From: the human T2T-CHM13v2.0 reference genome, Homo sapiens
Reading direction: 5' to 3' (one strand)
Assembly: GCF_009914755.1 (NCBI RefSeq)
Contig: NC_060927.1
DNA length: 64,000 nt
Shown: one piece after another, positions 29,821-45,853 of the stretch
Position numbering within the stretch: position 1 is the stretch's first letter
Layout: each line of letters begins with the position of its first letter
Program-made: the position numbers and the translations under genes
Notes under the pieces: model-generated
The model's database searches: none
Told to the model about the DNA's origin: nothing
Seen by the model: the letters and a program-made list of their open reading frames with translations, nothing else

Positions 29821-29849
<29 letters not shown>

Positions 29850-30065
29850 GAGACAGAGTCTCACTTGGTCACTCAGGCTGGAGTACAGTTGTGTGATCTT
29901 GGCTCACTGCAACCTCAACCTCCCTGGGCTCAGGTGATTCTCAGCCTCTGAGTAGCTGAGACTACAGGCACGCACCACCAAGCCTGGCTAGTTTTTTGTA
30001 TTTTTTGCAGAGACAGGGTCTCACCATGTTGTCCAGGCTGGTTTTCAACTCCTAGGCTCAAGCAA
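29821..30065 (-). mobile_element. AluJ, 5'-truncated, 29-T tail
   Basis: Antisense Alu. aaaatatct on both flanks. Confidence 0.85.
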
Positions 30066-30289
30066 GGCACCAAAATATCTTGCACCCTGGGGGGTAGGTG
30101 GTTGTTTGGCCTTTGTGCTGCCTCAAGCCCCAGCCTGATTAGCCTAGGAGACTGTTTATCTTCCTAAAATGGGTTTGTACCTTCCCACCCTTTTTCATTT
30201 ACCAGCAAGGAGACAGAAAAGGACTAGCCAGAGAGGTAGTAGAGCCAAGACCAAGTGTGCCCTCGAAGCTAACTAAAGGAAGTTTCAAG

Positions 30290-33090
30290 GAGATAGCAAC
30301 CCAGTGTGTTCCACGCACTGGGGACATGGCCCTCACAGACCCTCCTCCTAGTAAGGAGATCCAGACAGCAAACAAGAAAAGCAAATATTTAGTATGTCAC
30401 CTAGTGATATTGATACTTGCTTTGGAGAAAAATAAAGCAGGGTAAAGGAGGAAGGGAATGTGATAGAGTGGTATCATACTTTACATAAGGTTTTAGGGAA
30501 GGTGTCACTGATAAGGTGTATTTGAGCAGACACCTGAAGGAAAAATGACACCTGACATGTTAGTTCTGGAGAAGACTGTTTCTGGCAAAGGGAATAGCAA
30601 AGATAAAGATTCCAAACTTGTCTGGCATGTCCAAGAAAGAGCAATAAGGCCTTTGTGACTGGAGTAGAGCCACTGAGGGGAACAGTGGTAGGAAATGAGG
30701 TCAGAGAGGTGGTGAGAGGCCAGGAGATACAGGGCCCTGTAAATCATTCTTAAATGGCATCTCAGCCATTATCCAGTGAGGAGGGCTCACTCCATTGACG
30801 GGCTTTAAGTGGAAGAGTAAAACGATGACTATGCTCTTGTCTTCAGGACAAGAGCCAGAACAGGGAGACAAGTTAGGCTAGTAGAATAACCCAGATGGGA
30901 GCTGATGATGGCTTTTGACTAAGGTGATAGTAGTGGAGGATTTGAGAAGTGGTTAGATTGCAGATATGTGTCGAAAGTAGATTCACCAGTATTTGTTGAT
31001 GGATGAGATGTGGAGCGTGAAGGAAGGAGACGAGTCTAAGCTGTTTCTCAACTTTTTAGTATTACTGATAGGGAGAATACAGCTTCAATTTACTAAGTTG
31101 TGTAAGATGGTAGAGAGAGCAATTTTGGAGCAGATGGCATGGAGATGAGGGATTTGAAATGCCTATTAGATACCCAAGTAGACAGATTAAACTGTCAATT
31201 GGATATACAAGTATGGAGTTAAGGGGAGAGGCCTGTGCAGTATATTTGGGAGTTGTCAGCCTACAATGGTATTTAAAGTAATGGGGCTGGTTCAAGCTCA
31301 TTCTTATTGGTTAAAAAAAAGAAAAAAGAAAAATATAAAAAGTGTCTTGTGGCTGGGTGAGATCACCTGTGGAGAAGGGTGGAGCTTCCCTGGAGTAGAG
31401 GACTGAGCCTTGGGGCATTCCATCATTCAGAGGTTGGGGAGATAAGAAAGAACCAGCTAGTAAGGACTGAGAATAGAGCACTGGATTTAGCAACATCGAG
31501 ATCTTTTGGTGTCCTTTGAAAGAATCATCTCCCTTGAATGATGTGGTGAGTTTGAAATAAAATGTAACAAGAGGAATCAAAGACAGTGAGTGTAGACATT
31601 TCTTTCAAGAATTTATGCCATAAAGGGCAGCAGAGAAATAGGCAGTAGCCAGAGGGAATGTGGGTACTAAGGAGGTTTAGGTTTTGTTTTGTTTTTTCTT
31701 TTTTTTGGTAAGAGATATTAAAGTATATCTATTAATGCAGCATCCTAACAGTTCTATAAAAAGGGGAAAATTGATGATGCCGGAGGGAAAGGGAGGAACT
31801 GCTGTAGCCATGTAGGCAAGATGGGATGTGGTCCTCCAGGGCACAGGTAGACAAGTTGGCCTTAGATAGAAGCATTGACAGTTGATTCTTTAGTAGTAAC
31901 GGGAAAGAAGATAGAGTATACACATAAGGTGCAGATGGTGGATGATAAGAGCTTGTAGAAGTTATCTTTGCTTTTTTCCCCTCAGAAAAATAAGAAACAA
32001 AATGATCCCCTGATGAGGGAGAATAGGGGAACAGTTACTGGAGAGAGGATTAATTATGAAACTATTTTATAGAAAAATGGAGAACACATGGTTTACGAAA
32101 TTGTAGTAGGATTCTTGGGTAGCACTGAGGGCCTGCTTTCAGTGACTGATTATTAATTTGAAGTCAGACCAGTCAGCATGGTTGTGTGTTTCCCTCCAGC
32201 CTGTTCTGCTGGGCAAGTACAGGCATGGGCAGAGTTGGCAGAGAGATTTAACCAGAGTTGCAGTTTTACCAGGTGAATAGGACTGACAAGTACAGGCCAA
32301 GAGTAGAGGGTTAGGTAGAGAGCAATCTGACAGTGGACCATGGAATCTAAGGAGGACAAAGGAAACACATGAGGTGGTTGAGAAGAAGTAGCAAGCTCCC
32401 AAATTGTCATTCCGTATTTAATCAATAATTTGTTCTTGTTAGACTACTAGAGGGAATGAAAGGGAAAGAGAGGAGGCCATGGTTGAGGAATGGGGTACTT
32501 GAAATTGAGATTATGGCCTGTAATCCCAGCACTTTGGGAGGCCAGGTTGGGTGGATCACCTGAGGTCAGGAATTCAAGACCACCCTGGCCAACATGTAGA
32601 AACCCCCTCTCTACTAAAAATACAAGAAATTAGCCAGGTCTGGTGGTGGGCACCTGTAATCCCAGCTACTCGGGAGGCTGAGGCAGGAGAACACTTGAAC
32701 CCAGAAGGCGGATGTTGCAGTGAGCTGAGATCGAGATCGCGCCATTACACTCCAGATGAATAGCGAAACCTCATCTCAAAAACAAAAAAAGAAATTGAGA
32801 TTATGACATGGATGTAGTTGTGGTAAAGATAAGGTCAGAGTATAACCAAAAGCATGGATGGCAGAGGTAGGGAAAAGAGCGTACCTCAGACCATGGAACA
32901 AGAGGTCAGAGATCTGAGAGACCAGCATACTGAAAGGATCATCTAGTGGATATTGAAATCACCAAGTTTATGAAAGGAGTAGTGTCCTGAGGAGTAATAA
33001 TGAGCCAAGACATCTTTAAGCAGTGAAGGCGAATGACCTGGAGGCAGGTGTGTGGTGGTCTGTAGACAACCACAGCAAGGAGCAGTGGGT
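30290..33090 (-). mobile_element. Long L2 remnant interrupted by AluS (+, ~32516-32790, TSD gaaattgagattatg)
   Basis: Purine-rich antisense L2 motifs (tttgagcagacacctgaagg, gaaatgcctattagatacccaagtag, aggactgagccttggggc, ttgaaatcaccaag). Confidence 0.7.
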
Positions 33091-33099
33091 ATTAGTCAG

Positions 33100-34400
33100 A
33101 AAAAATTAGACCAAAGGCTGTTCTGGCCATGATGGAGTAACGGGAACTGGATTTATCCTTCTGTCTTAATTAAAAATGAAAAATAAGAAATCAAAATATA
33201 TGGAACTAAATAAATTTCATGAGCCAGGCATAGCACACCTGTAATCCCAGCTACTGGGGAGGCTGAGAAAGGAGGATCACTTCAGGCCAGGAGTTCAAGA
33301 CCAGCCTGGGCAACATCGTGAGACCCTATCTCTAAAAAATAATAATAAATAAATATTAGAATAAAACAAAATATGTAAAACAATGGTTTTCAAACATTGG
33401 GCGACAGGCAGGGCAGGACAGGGCAGTGATCCCTATGACTGCTTCAGTTTACCATCCAGAGAGAATTTCCAGGCAGGAGTACAGAAATGGGGAGCTCAGT
33501 CAGAGCCCAGCAGTTTTCCTGAATTGAGGAGACGGAGGTGAGAATTCAAAGAGGCCAACATAGCTAGAATTCTTAAGGTATAAAACAACAGAGGAGGAAA
33601 CTTTACAGAGAATGTTCTGGATCTGCAGGGTGTTCCTCTTGAGTCTTCAGCAGAAAACTGATCAGAGGATACATGTGAGGAAATTAGCCAAGACTGGAGG
33701 AAGGACTGCCAAAAAAGAGCAGGCAGAACAGTTCCCCAGGATCACACAGGCTGGGAATAGTTCATGTTCCCAAGACCTGGAATGGAAAAACCTCTGCAAA
33801 CATACTACAAATGTTCGAGAAGATAGAAGAAAGAAAGCATGAGCACATTAAGGAGAGACAAAGAGGACAGAAAAAGAACAACATTGAACTTCTAGAAATG
33901 AAAAATGTAATCAATATGTAAGACGAAAAATATAATCAATGTCTGAGATGAAAAAAATATACTGGACAGGATTTAACAGCAGACTAGACATTGCTGAAGA
34001 AAAGGTCGTGTGACTTGAGTATATAGCACTAGAAACTGTCCACAATGGAACACAGAGAAATAAAGACTAAAACCGATCAAACAAAAAACATGAGTATCGG
34101 TGAGCTGTGGGACAGTTTTAAGTGGCCTAATATGCATGTAATTGGAGTCTCATAAGGAAAAGAGAGAGAAGTAAGCAGGGAGAGCATGGAGTGAGATGGA
34201 GTGGTGCAAGAAAATTGAAGAAATAATGGCAGAACATTTTCCAAATTTAATGACTTCTATAAACCCACAAATCTAAGAAATTTAAGAATCCCAGCAGAAG
34301 ACCCATAAGGAATCCTACACCAAGGCACATCATGGTCATACTTCTTTAAACCCAGTGATAAAGAGAAATCCTTAAAAGCATGGAGAGAAAAAAGACCAGG
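33100..34400 (+). mobile_element. Old L1M 5'/ORF1-region fragment with a FLAM at ~33220-33355
   Basis: gaacttctagaaatgaaaaat, ttaacagcagactagaca, gaagaaataatggcagaacattttccaaattt are L1 ORF1-like. Confidence 0.7.
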
Positions 34401-35186
34401 TAACTTGTGGGCAGAGAGAGTAGGAATGATCTGGAAGTGGCAGGGAAAGCAATGTAAGGGATTTCTCTGGGAGTAAGAAGGTAGAGAGAATGTTTGGAGA
34501 AGAGCTTCAGGAAGGTAGGGATTCCAGTGATTATGCCTGAGCACTCCAGAAGGCACAGAGGAAGGTTTCTGGAGTTGAGGAGGTAGGAAGAAGAGATGAG
34601 GTCTCATTAGGGGATGTATAAAGCCATATCAGGATAAAGATGACCTGTGAATCTTGAATCTTTTGTGTCTGATTTAAACAGGAAAAACAGGCATGATGTC
34701 ATTAGTTCTGACAATCTCCAAGGCAGATTGGGGTGACAAGGCTGTGAGGGTTATGAGCAGGGAAAAGGGGATCTGCCCCGGAGCCAGCAGAGCTCATCTT
34801 CACTTCAGCTGATGGAAGTGTGGAGCCACGGGAGGGTGGTCTTACCAGGTGAGCTCTGTGCCTGTTGCTGATTTTCCATGCTTCCACTATGGGTGTGTGG
34901 GTTGTGGGGGAGGGATTTAGTCAACTCTGCAGCCTGATTCTTTAGACATCTGCTGTGGAGATTTCCATTCCTACACTCAATGGGTCCCCAGCAAAAGGAG
35001 TTATCACATCTGTTGAAAGGAAGCATTCTGAATGTTGGATGCCATGTTTGAAAAGAAATATTTTTATTTTCAATGATGTTTGTTTTTCTGAAATTGTTCA
35101 CAGATGGCTTTTACACTTACATCCTATTACTGTTGTAATCACTTGGGGTCTATTTATATAACAGTCCTATATGTCTCAGAAGCCAA

Positions 35187-35619
35187 TCTGTTAGGCAGTT
35201 CCTACATTGCTATAAAGAAATACCTGAGGCTGGGTAATGTGTAAAGAAAAGAGGTTTCATTGGCTCATGGTTCTGCGGGTTTTACAGGAAACATGGTGCT
35301 GGCATTCACTCATCATCCAGGGAGGCCACAGGAAGCTTACAATCATAACAGAAGGTGAAGGGGGAGCAGCCACATCACTTGGTGAAAGCAGGAGCAGGAG
35401 AGAGAAAGTCGGGGAGGGGGATGCCACACACTTTTAATGGGCCAGATCTCATCTCCTGTGAACTCAGCAAGAACTCAGTCATCACCAAGGGGATGGCCCA
35501 AGCCATTCATGAGAATCTGTCCCTATGATCCAAACACCTCCCACCAGGCCCCACCTCCAACATTGAGGATTACATTTCAACGTGAGACCTGAGTGGGGAC
35601 AAATACCCAAACTATATTA
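35187..35619 (-). mobile_element. MST-type MaLR solo LTR
   Basis: ttgctataaagaaatacctgaggctgggtaat...caggaagcttacaatcat...atccaaacacctcccaccaggccccacctccaaca. Confidence 0.85.
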
Positions 35620-35822
35620 GGCTATTCTCCTGGGGTCCTCATAACTCCTTTCCCTTGATGAGCTGATATCTTTTTGATTACATGGAATTATAGAGTTATG
35701 CCTTGTCAGGATGTGAGTGACATGAGGAAAGCATTTTATTCAAGATCATCAGCTGGGATAGATTAAACAACACTTGGCAGCAATTAAAAATACACAAGAA
35801 AGCCACCACACTGTACTTGTGA

Positions 35823-36014
<192 letters not shown>

Positions 36015-37561
36015 TAAAAGTTTATATTAGCTGTTGTATTGTTAAATATTTGATAAAAAGCATAACTGAGTAAAGTATGGTAGCCTTCAGCAGTAACAAT
36101 AGGAAGCCTGGTTATTGGACCATATGGCCATAAACAGTGCCTCACTGCTTGCTTAGTGTCTGCTTACCTTAATTAAAAACAAACTCTTTAGAAAAAAATA
36201 AATATCATGTAGAATGTAAGCCTATGGTCCCCAACCTATAAAAATTCTATTCAGTATCTCGTAGGGTACCCAGTATATCCTTGTAAGAGCAACATTTTGT
36301 GATTTTAGGATATTTATGACCATGTATGTACGTTTCATTAATTGCACTCTGTTTCCTGTGGCTATAATGTGATTTTTAAAGTCTGTATTCTGTTAGTAGA
36401 AGCAGTAAATGAGCAGTATGTATGCATTACTTGTTACCAAGAAGCACAGTTCCCTATGGTATTCCTTCTGGTAAATTGTATTAATCATATCCAGATTATA
36501 TAAGAATATTATAAAGTAATTCAGTTCATATCACAAATTATCCTTAATGTAGCATGTCTGGATCTCAAGTTTATTTTCTTTGCTATGTTTGATCTGCATA
36601 ATTATAGTCTTGTTGACTTTCAATTTTCTTCAAGGAGAGTAGCTCTTTAAAAACCAAACATTTAACCATGTACCCTCTGCAAAAAGAGAGAGAGAGAGCC
36701 CTGGAAAAAAAGAAATATTACATCAGTCAGTTTATGTCTATTCTCTGTGTGAAGTGGTTTCAAGGTGATGTTGGATTTGGGAAAAATTTGAAGCAATGTG
36801 GCCACCTTTGCCATAGACTTTGTATGAACCACCTGTGTGATGTGGCTGCCACAAACAGTAAGATATGTTAATTTAGTATTAACAGAGGCGTAGCATTCCA
36901 ACAATAGGAGGATAGAGTTCTGTTAGATTATTCTGCCATAGCTAGAATATTGTTGTCTATTTCTGATTATCTTGTTTTTGTATTTGTATACTTTGCCCTC
37001 TGTGTGACCAACCACTGACACACATTTTCAAAGTAATTGTTGTGTTTGGAATACAAGGGGAAAAAACTATGTGATCCACATTGTCTTCTAAAGTCCTAAG
37101 CCGTGATTTTTTTTAACATTATTAAGCATTATTCTATAATGAAAACCATCGGATAAATCAAGAAAAAAATAAAGACTGTGATTATATTAATAATCAGAGA
37201 GTTCTAAAGGACCACTTCCTATGACGCTTTAACAACCTTAGCTTGTTCTGATTATGAAATATGTAGTTCCCTAGTTGTCAGTTTTGAGAAAAGTTAAGGC
37301 AATACTCTATCACCTTAAAATACTTTTTAGGGACAGTTAAGAGTTTTTTTTTATTAGCAGCTTACATTTGAAAATTCAGATTTTTCTATTAGAGATATAA
37401 AACTAAAATATCTAGTCTTTGAAAATTATTTGCCATATTTTTAAGTATTATATCTGAACGGAACATTTTAGACATTCCTTTTGAAAAATTAGAGCTAATA
37501 GAACTTCTTCCTCCATCTTTGATATGAACATTCCTATTTTCCATTAAAGTTAGAATCATCT

Positions 37562-37864
37562 TATTTTCTTTTTTCTTTTTTTGGAAACAGAGTCTCACTC
37601 TGTCGCCCAGGCTGGAGTGAAGTGGTGTGATCTCAGCTCACTGTAGCCTCTGCCTCCCAGGTTCAAGCAATTCTCATGCCTCAGCCTCCCGAGTAGCCGG
37701 GATTACAGGTGTAATCCACCACACACGGCTAATTTTTTTATTTTTAGTAGAGACAGTTTTACCATGTTGCCCAGGCTGGCCTCAAACTCCTGAGCTCAGG
37801 TGATCTGCCCACCTCGGCCTCTCAAAGTGCAAGGATTACAGGTGTGAGCCACCATGCCCAGCCC
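37562..37864 (-). mobile_element. Alu (S/Jb), 180 bp upstream of SLC49A4 exon 2
   Basis: Antisense dimer. Confidence 0.9.
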
Positions 37865-38044
37865 ATCATTTCATTTTCAGCATGTAGGGTTCGTTGTTTT
37901 TTTTTTTTTCCATTTTTAAAGTTATACAGAAAAGCCATAATATTAGCATATAATGTCAGTATGATTGACTAAAAATAATCTTTATTTTTAACATTGGACT
38001 TAGGAGAAAATCAAGATAATTTCAATGTCTTTGTTTCATTTTAG

Positions 38045-38138
38045 GTCTCCGGATAACTGTGCTCCTGACATCCTTCCTTATGGTTTTGGGAACTGGTCTA
38101 AGATGCATACCTATATCAGACTTAATCCTTAAAAGAAG
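38045..38138 (+). CDS. SLC49A4: SLC49A4 coding exon 2 (94 nt)
   Basis: Acceptor tttcattttag|GTCTCC and donor AGAAG|gtaaat. Encodes (G)[30 protein letters not shown](R), completing the MFS motif-A-like LDKRGLR. Phase 1-2. Not in the supplied ORF track. Confidence 0.93.
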
Positions 38139-39229
38139 GTAAATCCTGTAAATAACATTTCTCCCCCATTTTTCATTTTATTATGTGTATAAATTTTTAA
38201 GAAGATCAGTAAAGGGTCATATTTATAGAAGCGTTTATTTTTTTACTCTATATGATGATTAATTTAATTGATATTTATCAGTTGTCATGGAAGACACTAG
38301 TTGTTGTGGAAATAAAAAGAGCAAGTTAATCTTCATATTGTCCAGGAACAATAATAATCATGTGAAAATAATAGTATAACATACCATTTGTAAGTATAAT
38401 AATATAACATATTATATATATATAGTGTAGTTAATGCTACAGAAGAAATACAAAATTGCCTCGAGACTAGGAGAAGTTTTGGCTGTGGGTATCAAAAAGA
38501 GGAGTTCATAAAGGTGGTGGTAATTAAACTAGGCATTGAATGATGAGTAGAATGTTGGTAACTATAGTCAGGGGAAGGGTATTCCAGGATGGGGGAATAG
38601 CAAGAGTGAAGCCATGGAGGCAGGTAAGCATAGGCCTTTTCTGGGGTGGATAGGTAGTCTTATTTGTATATAGCAGCCTTTCTGCAACTGGGACCGTGGA
38701 TTTATTCTTAGGGAGTGTAAGGTATACGAAGGTTTTAAATTTTGTTTTTACATTGGTTATGATACAGTATTATTTTACCAGTAATAATCTGCAATAAAAA
38801 GGTATTTTTGTTGACCAGGATGTTAATTTCTTAAATTAGTGTTTCCGAGACTGGGGTCCTTGAATGTGACCTTGAGAGTCGTTGAGAAATTTTTTCCCTT
38901 TCAGAAGGACCCATAAATTACTCAAGTTCGAGAGATACTGGTCTACAGATTAAGGTGTAAGAATGGGATATAAAAAGATGAGGTTAGAAGGTTATATTTT
39001 GATTCTGAAGGGTCTTGATGCCATCCTGTATTATTAACAGTGTACTTTACTCACTGGATAGTGGAAAACCCCTTAAGCTCTTAATCAGAGGAGTGCTAGT
39101 ATCAGACCTATGTTATATTCACTATGGATTGAGATATGTAGGCTTGATTATAAGAGGTAGAGATTGCTGGCAGAAGACCTGGAAAGATACAGTGGGACCC
39201 CAAGCTGAAGTCATTCTTTTGTTGGTTCA

Positions 39230-40110
39230 TTTATTAGGTCATTCATTCATTCAACAGAATTCACTGAGCTTCTACTATGTGCCAACCTCTTTGTGGGCAT
39301 TGGGAATATGACAGAAGACAAAGCAGATAAAAATTACTATGTAATGTAGTAAATTACATAGTATATTACATAGTACATAGTAATTTACTATATAATGTAC
39401 ATTACATGACATACTATGTTTGTGATGTAGTTTCATTCCACTCAGGGAAACCAGCAATAAACTAGATAAATAAGTAAAATACATAGTATGTGCTATGGAG
39501 AGTAAAACAAAATAGGAAAGAAGGATATGAAAAGGCGAGGAAAGGATGGTGAGATTTCAGAAAGAAAAACCTAACTGGGAAGATAACCTTTTGGGATAAA
39601 AACCTGACAGAAGTAATGGATGATGCAGTATCTAGGAATCAAGCATTATATGCAGAGAGAACCGCAAGAGTTCAGGGTGGAAGAGGGACAGGGATGCCTG
39701 GCAGGGAGGCTGGTGTGGCATGAGAAAAGCAGGTAGCAAATGAGGTCAGAGCGGTTACAGAGTGGTAGTGGGAGGGTGGGACCAGATTCTTTAAGACCAC
39801 GTCAGCTCCTGAGCTTTTTCTGAGCTAGGAAACCACTGGAGGTTTTGAGCTGAGAGTGCCATGGTGCTCGGCTGCTCCTTTGAGAATGGACTGAAGCTTG
39901 AGGTCATGGGCATAAGTAAGGAAAGTTGGGAAACAAGTGCAATAAACCAGGTGAGAGATGATGGTGGCTTGGACCATAGTGGTGGCAGTGGGAGTGGTGA
40001 GAAGTGGTCAAATTCTGATCATCTTGAATATTCAAAATGTAATTATATTCTGATTATATTCTGGTCCATTTGCTGATGGACCAGATGTGGGAAGTAAGAG
40101 AAAGGAGTCC
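39230..40110 (-). mobile_element. L2 3' fragment
   Basis: cattcattcattcaacag...ctactatgtgcca...ccaggtgagagatgatggtggcttggacc. Confidence 0.75.
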
Positions 40111-40625
40111 AGAATGATTCCATGCTGTGGGAAGTTGGGGGAATGGAAAGGATGGCACAGACATGAGGGGAAGTGTGAGAAAAAGAGATGGGAGGTGATA
40201 TGCTGGAAGTTTCACTCGAGGGACTCTGAAATTGTTGATTCCATTAACAGATGGGGAACACAGAAGTGGGGGAGAGTGGATTTCAGGGACAAGATGTTGA
40301 CTTTCTTTTGGAACAGAATTTTTCAGTTTCAAAATAAATGTTCAGTTTTGAATTTCAAAATGTGTTTTCTTTCTAGAAAATTTAGGGTACAAGGGTTCAT
40401 GTTTGAAAAGGGAGATAAGACAATCATCTAGGTTCCTATGGAAAGCTAGTCATAATTTTCCATCCTTCTCAGTTAGATTTTAACACAAGTCTCATTATTG
40501 TATTTGAGATGCTCTTAATTTTTCAAACACCCAGAGGTGTATTTTTTCAAGCATCCACAGATTTTAAGTACAGATTTTCATGTAAGCTTAAATTCAACAC
40601 TGCTTTCTTTTAAAATGCCTATTAA

Positions 40626-40750
40626 GGCCAGGTGCAGTGGCCCACACCTGTAATCCCAGCACTTTGGGAGGCTGAGACAGGTGGATCTCTTGTGCCTGAA
40701 GTTTGAGACCAGCCTGGGCAACACAGCGAGACCCCATCTCAAAAAAAATA
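40626..40750 (+). mobile_element. Alu left monomer
   Basis: Single arm with TSD aaaat(g/a)cctattaa. Confidence 0.8.
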
Positions 40751-41765
40751 CCTATTAATATTTTTGCTAGTTTTTCTTCTGTTTTGGGCCATCCATACTA
40801 TTACTTGCCTCCAGTCTCATATCCCTTTATATCCTTTCCATATACAAAATTCTGGGAATAATAGAGTTGACCCTCCATCTTGTTGGAGAAGGTGGTATGA
40901 AAAAGAAACAATTCATAAATAAATGTAAACAAATGTAGAACAGGTAAGAAGTAGAAATAAAAAGTTCAGAGATTGAATCTTTCATAAAAAGAGTGTATAA
41001 ATTGAATTTTCAATCTTATACATTCATCTATAAAGAATACAGGAGTATTAACCCCTTGAAATAAGACTTCATTTTGTAGTCTTTAAGCATATCTTTTAAG
41101 CAGTGTTGTTAACAATGCATGATGAAGCTGTTAAAATGAAAATGCTACAATTGGAACATGTATTTTCAACAAATCAGGTGTATAGCCATCACTTTTAAGC
41201 TTCAGTCTCCATCCGATGTTCCAGGGAAGGCCAGTGTTGAAACAAGCATTTACAAGTCTGTGTTTTTGTGGCCTTGTTTCACTCGGAGCTTTTTGAGCTT
41301 TTGACCCAGCCTTTTGGAATGGCTCCCCTGCACCCTTGACTTCCTGTATCTTAGCTCCCTTAAGTATCAAGACATGAGAATAGCAGCATTCTGACAAGCT
41401 CTTCCTAATGGTGTTCTACTTATATATAGTATCAGTATTTATTTTATTTGCATAGTACTGATGAAAACTCAGGAAAAAATTATTTTGCCACGTTTTTCTT
41501 ATAACATCTTAGATAAATAAGGAACTTGGTATAACAAATTATAAAGCATTTTTTCTTCTATGATCTCGAACAAAATAATACCCCAAAAAAATTGTAAAAG
41601 CCATCACTCTATTGCAATGAGCGCTATTACTCTATAGTGTGAAATATTATTATATTGCTTTCCCAGTAAACAACTTAAGGACTTCTGAAGGGTGAACTTA
41701 TAGTAAGTTATATCTGCTCGTAATCATAGGTGTATCCAGTGATTCCCGTAACACATGCCATGTAT

Positions 41766-41839
41766 ATTTTTAAATTTTATTTTAAGTTCCAGGATGCATG
41801 TGCAGGATGTGCAGGTTTATTACGTAGGTAAACATGTGC
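41766..41839 (-). mobile_element. Extremely 5'-truncated L1PA 3' end (~75 bp)
   Basis: ttttaagttccaggatgcatgtgcaggatgtgcaggttt, flanked by aacacatgcca at 41750-41760 and 41840-41850. Confidence 0.75.
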
Positions 41840-41899
41840 AACACATGCCACATTATCTTTTCAGTTCGGTGTAATTTTCATTAATATTAACAATACTTA

Positions 41900-43440
<1,541 letters not shown>

Positions 43441-43649
43441 TATATTACCTTTTTAACTGAAAGCACTAGCTAAGTAAAACTAAAATCACCACCTCAGAGC
43501 CTTAATAATAGGAAAAGTAAAGAGAAGGAAGGGTTATAAATTTGCCCAGCATAGAAATGTAAATCTTTTGATGTAAAAATGAGCAATTGGTAGATTTAAG
43601 AACTAAGACTTTTCTCAGTAAAATACAGAAGATTCAGATTCCCCTATAT

Positions 43650-43859
43650 CAGTGTCTTCTAAAATATCATTCACAGATTTCCTGCTTATTAAAATACAGA
43701 TCCCAGGGCTCCAACTCAGTCCCACTTAGTTAGGCTCTTGAGTGAACCCTGAGAATGAGCAGTTTTAACAAGCTCTTTTAGTTAGTCTTACACTCATTTA
43801 AATTTGAGAACTACTTTCCTAGTTCCCTAGTCTTATACTCATTTAAATTTGAGAACTAC
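43650..43859. mobile_element. MER5-like hAT-Charlie DNA transposon with a duplicated terminus
   Basis: cttattaaaatacagatcccaggg...ttttaacaagctc...tttgagaactac. The terminal 32 bp occurs twice. Confidence 0.6.
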
Positions 43860-44157
43860 CTCCCATCTTCACTTTAAATAGTAATTGATTAAACAAATAC
43901 CTTTATGCTTGTCCATCCTACAGTATAATCACACAATACATTTAATGTCTTATTTTAAAGCAGATTAAGGATTAGCCTCTATTTAATAAATCTGTTTGCC
44001 TTAATTTGACTCTTAAAACTCAAGGCAACTCAAGGCAAGTAAAACTCATGACTATGTCTGCATAGTGGTCAGGTGGACTTAAGAAAGATTTGTAAGAAAA
44101 GATAACCAGTCATGATAAGCATTTAAGAGGGAAAAAAAGGGAGTAAAAGGTGTGTAA

Positions 44158-44512
<355 letters not shown>

Positions 44513-45182
44513 TTATTTATGAGACATTTTTTCCAAGGGCCCACAATGTCATTTATGAATTTTTTATTGACTTTTTTCTTGTTCGGTACATCATACAGAG
44601 AAGTATATACAACATACATGTGTATCATCAGACTGATACCCATGTAGCCGTCACTCAGCCCAGACTCCAGAAGTCTCCTGCGTGCCCCTTCCTGCTCATA
44701 ATCCTCTCTCTCCCTCCTGTATATCATCACAATCATGAATGGATAGAATTTTCAAAGTAGACCGAGTTGAAATTTATTAAGAATATATTCAAAACCTATT
44801 GCAAATGTTTATTCTTTTCTTTGAAATAAGGATTTGCCTTAGATTTCTTTTCCGCTTAATACCAAAGGGGCAAACAATTAAAACTTTATCTGCAACAAAA
44901 TGATTAGAGGAACAAAATATGCTAGAGGCAGATGTTGATAACAATTTAACATATAATTTAAAAAATCAGGATTATTTGAAAAATCATATTTTATTAAATA
45001 GAAGTTTATGTATTTTTGCAAATTCATTACATATTAGTTTAAAAAAATGAATCCTTACTTTGCACCATGCATTAAAACATATTCCTGATGGATTGGAGAG
45101 CTGTGTATTTAAAATGAGACAGGATAAGGGAAAATGAATCTTAAAGACATTGCTTTATTTCCCAAGCATAAAAACAATGAAA

Positions 45183-45521
<339 letters not shown>

Positions 45522-45853
45522 CTAACATTTTGACAACATTTTCCAGCTTTATGCTTCAAAACAGATTATAAAATTAAAATGCAAACTGGGAGAAATATGT
45601 GTTGCAAATATAATAGATAACTTATAAGTAACATGAGCATTTTTGAAAATTGAATAGAAAAATGGACATAGTAGACATGGCTAACAATTGTTGATTCTCA
45701 GATTTCATCATTTAAATGTATAATTCAACAGTCAACATTTATTGACAGCATATGTATATGTTAGTAAAGTACAGACTGAGCTGTGTAACAAACCAAAAAT
45801 ATTGAGGCTCAATAAGGTAGAAGTTCATTTTTCTCTCAAGGAACAATCTAAAA

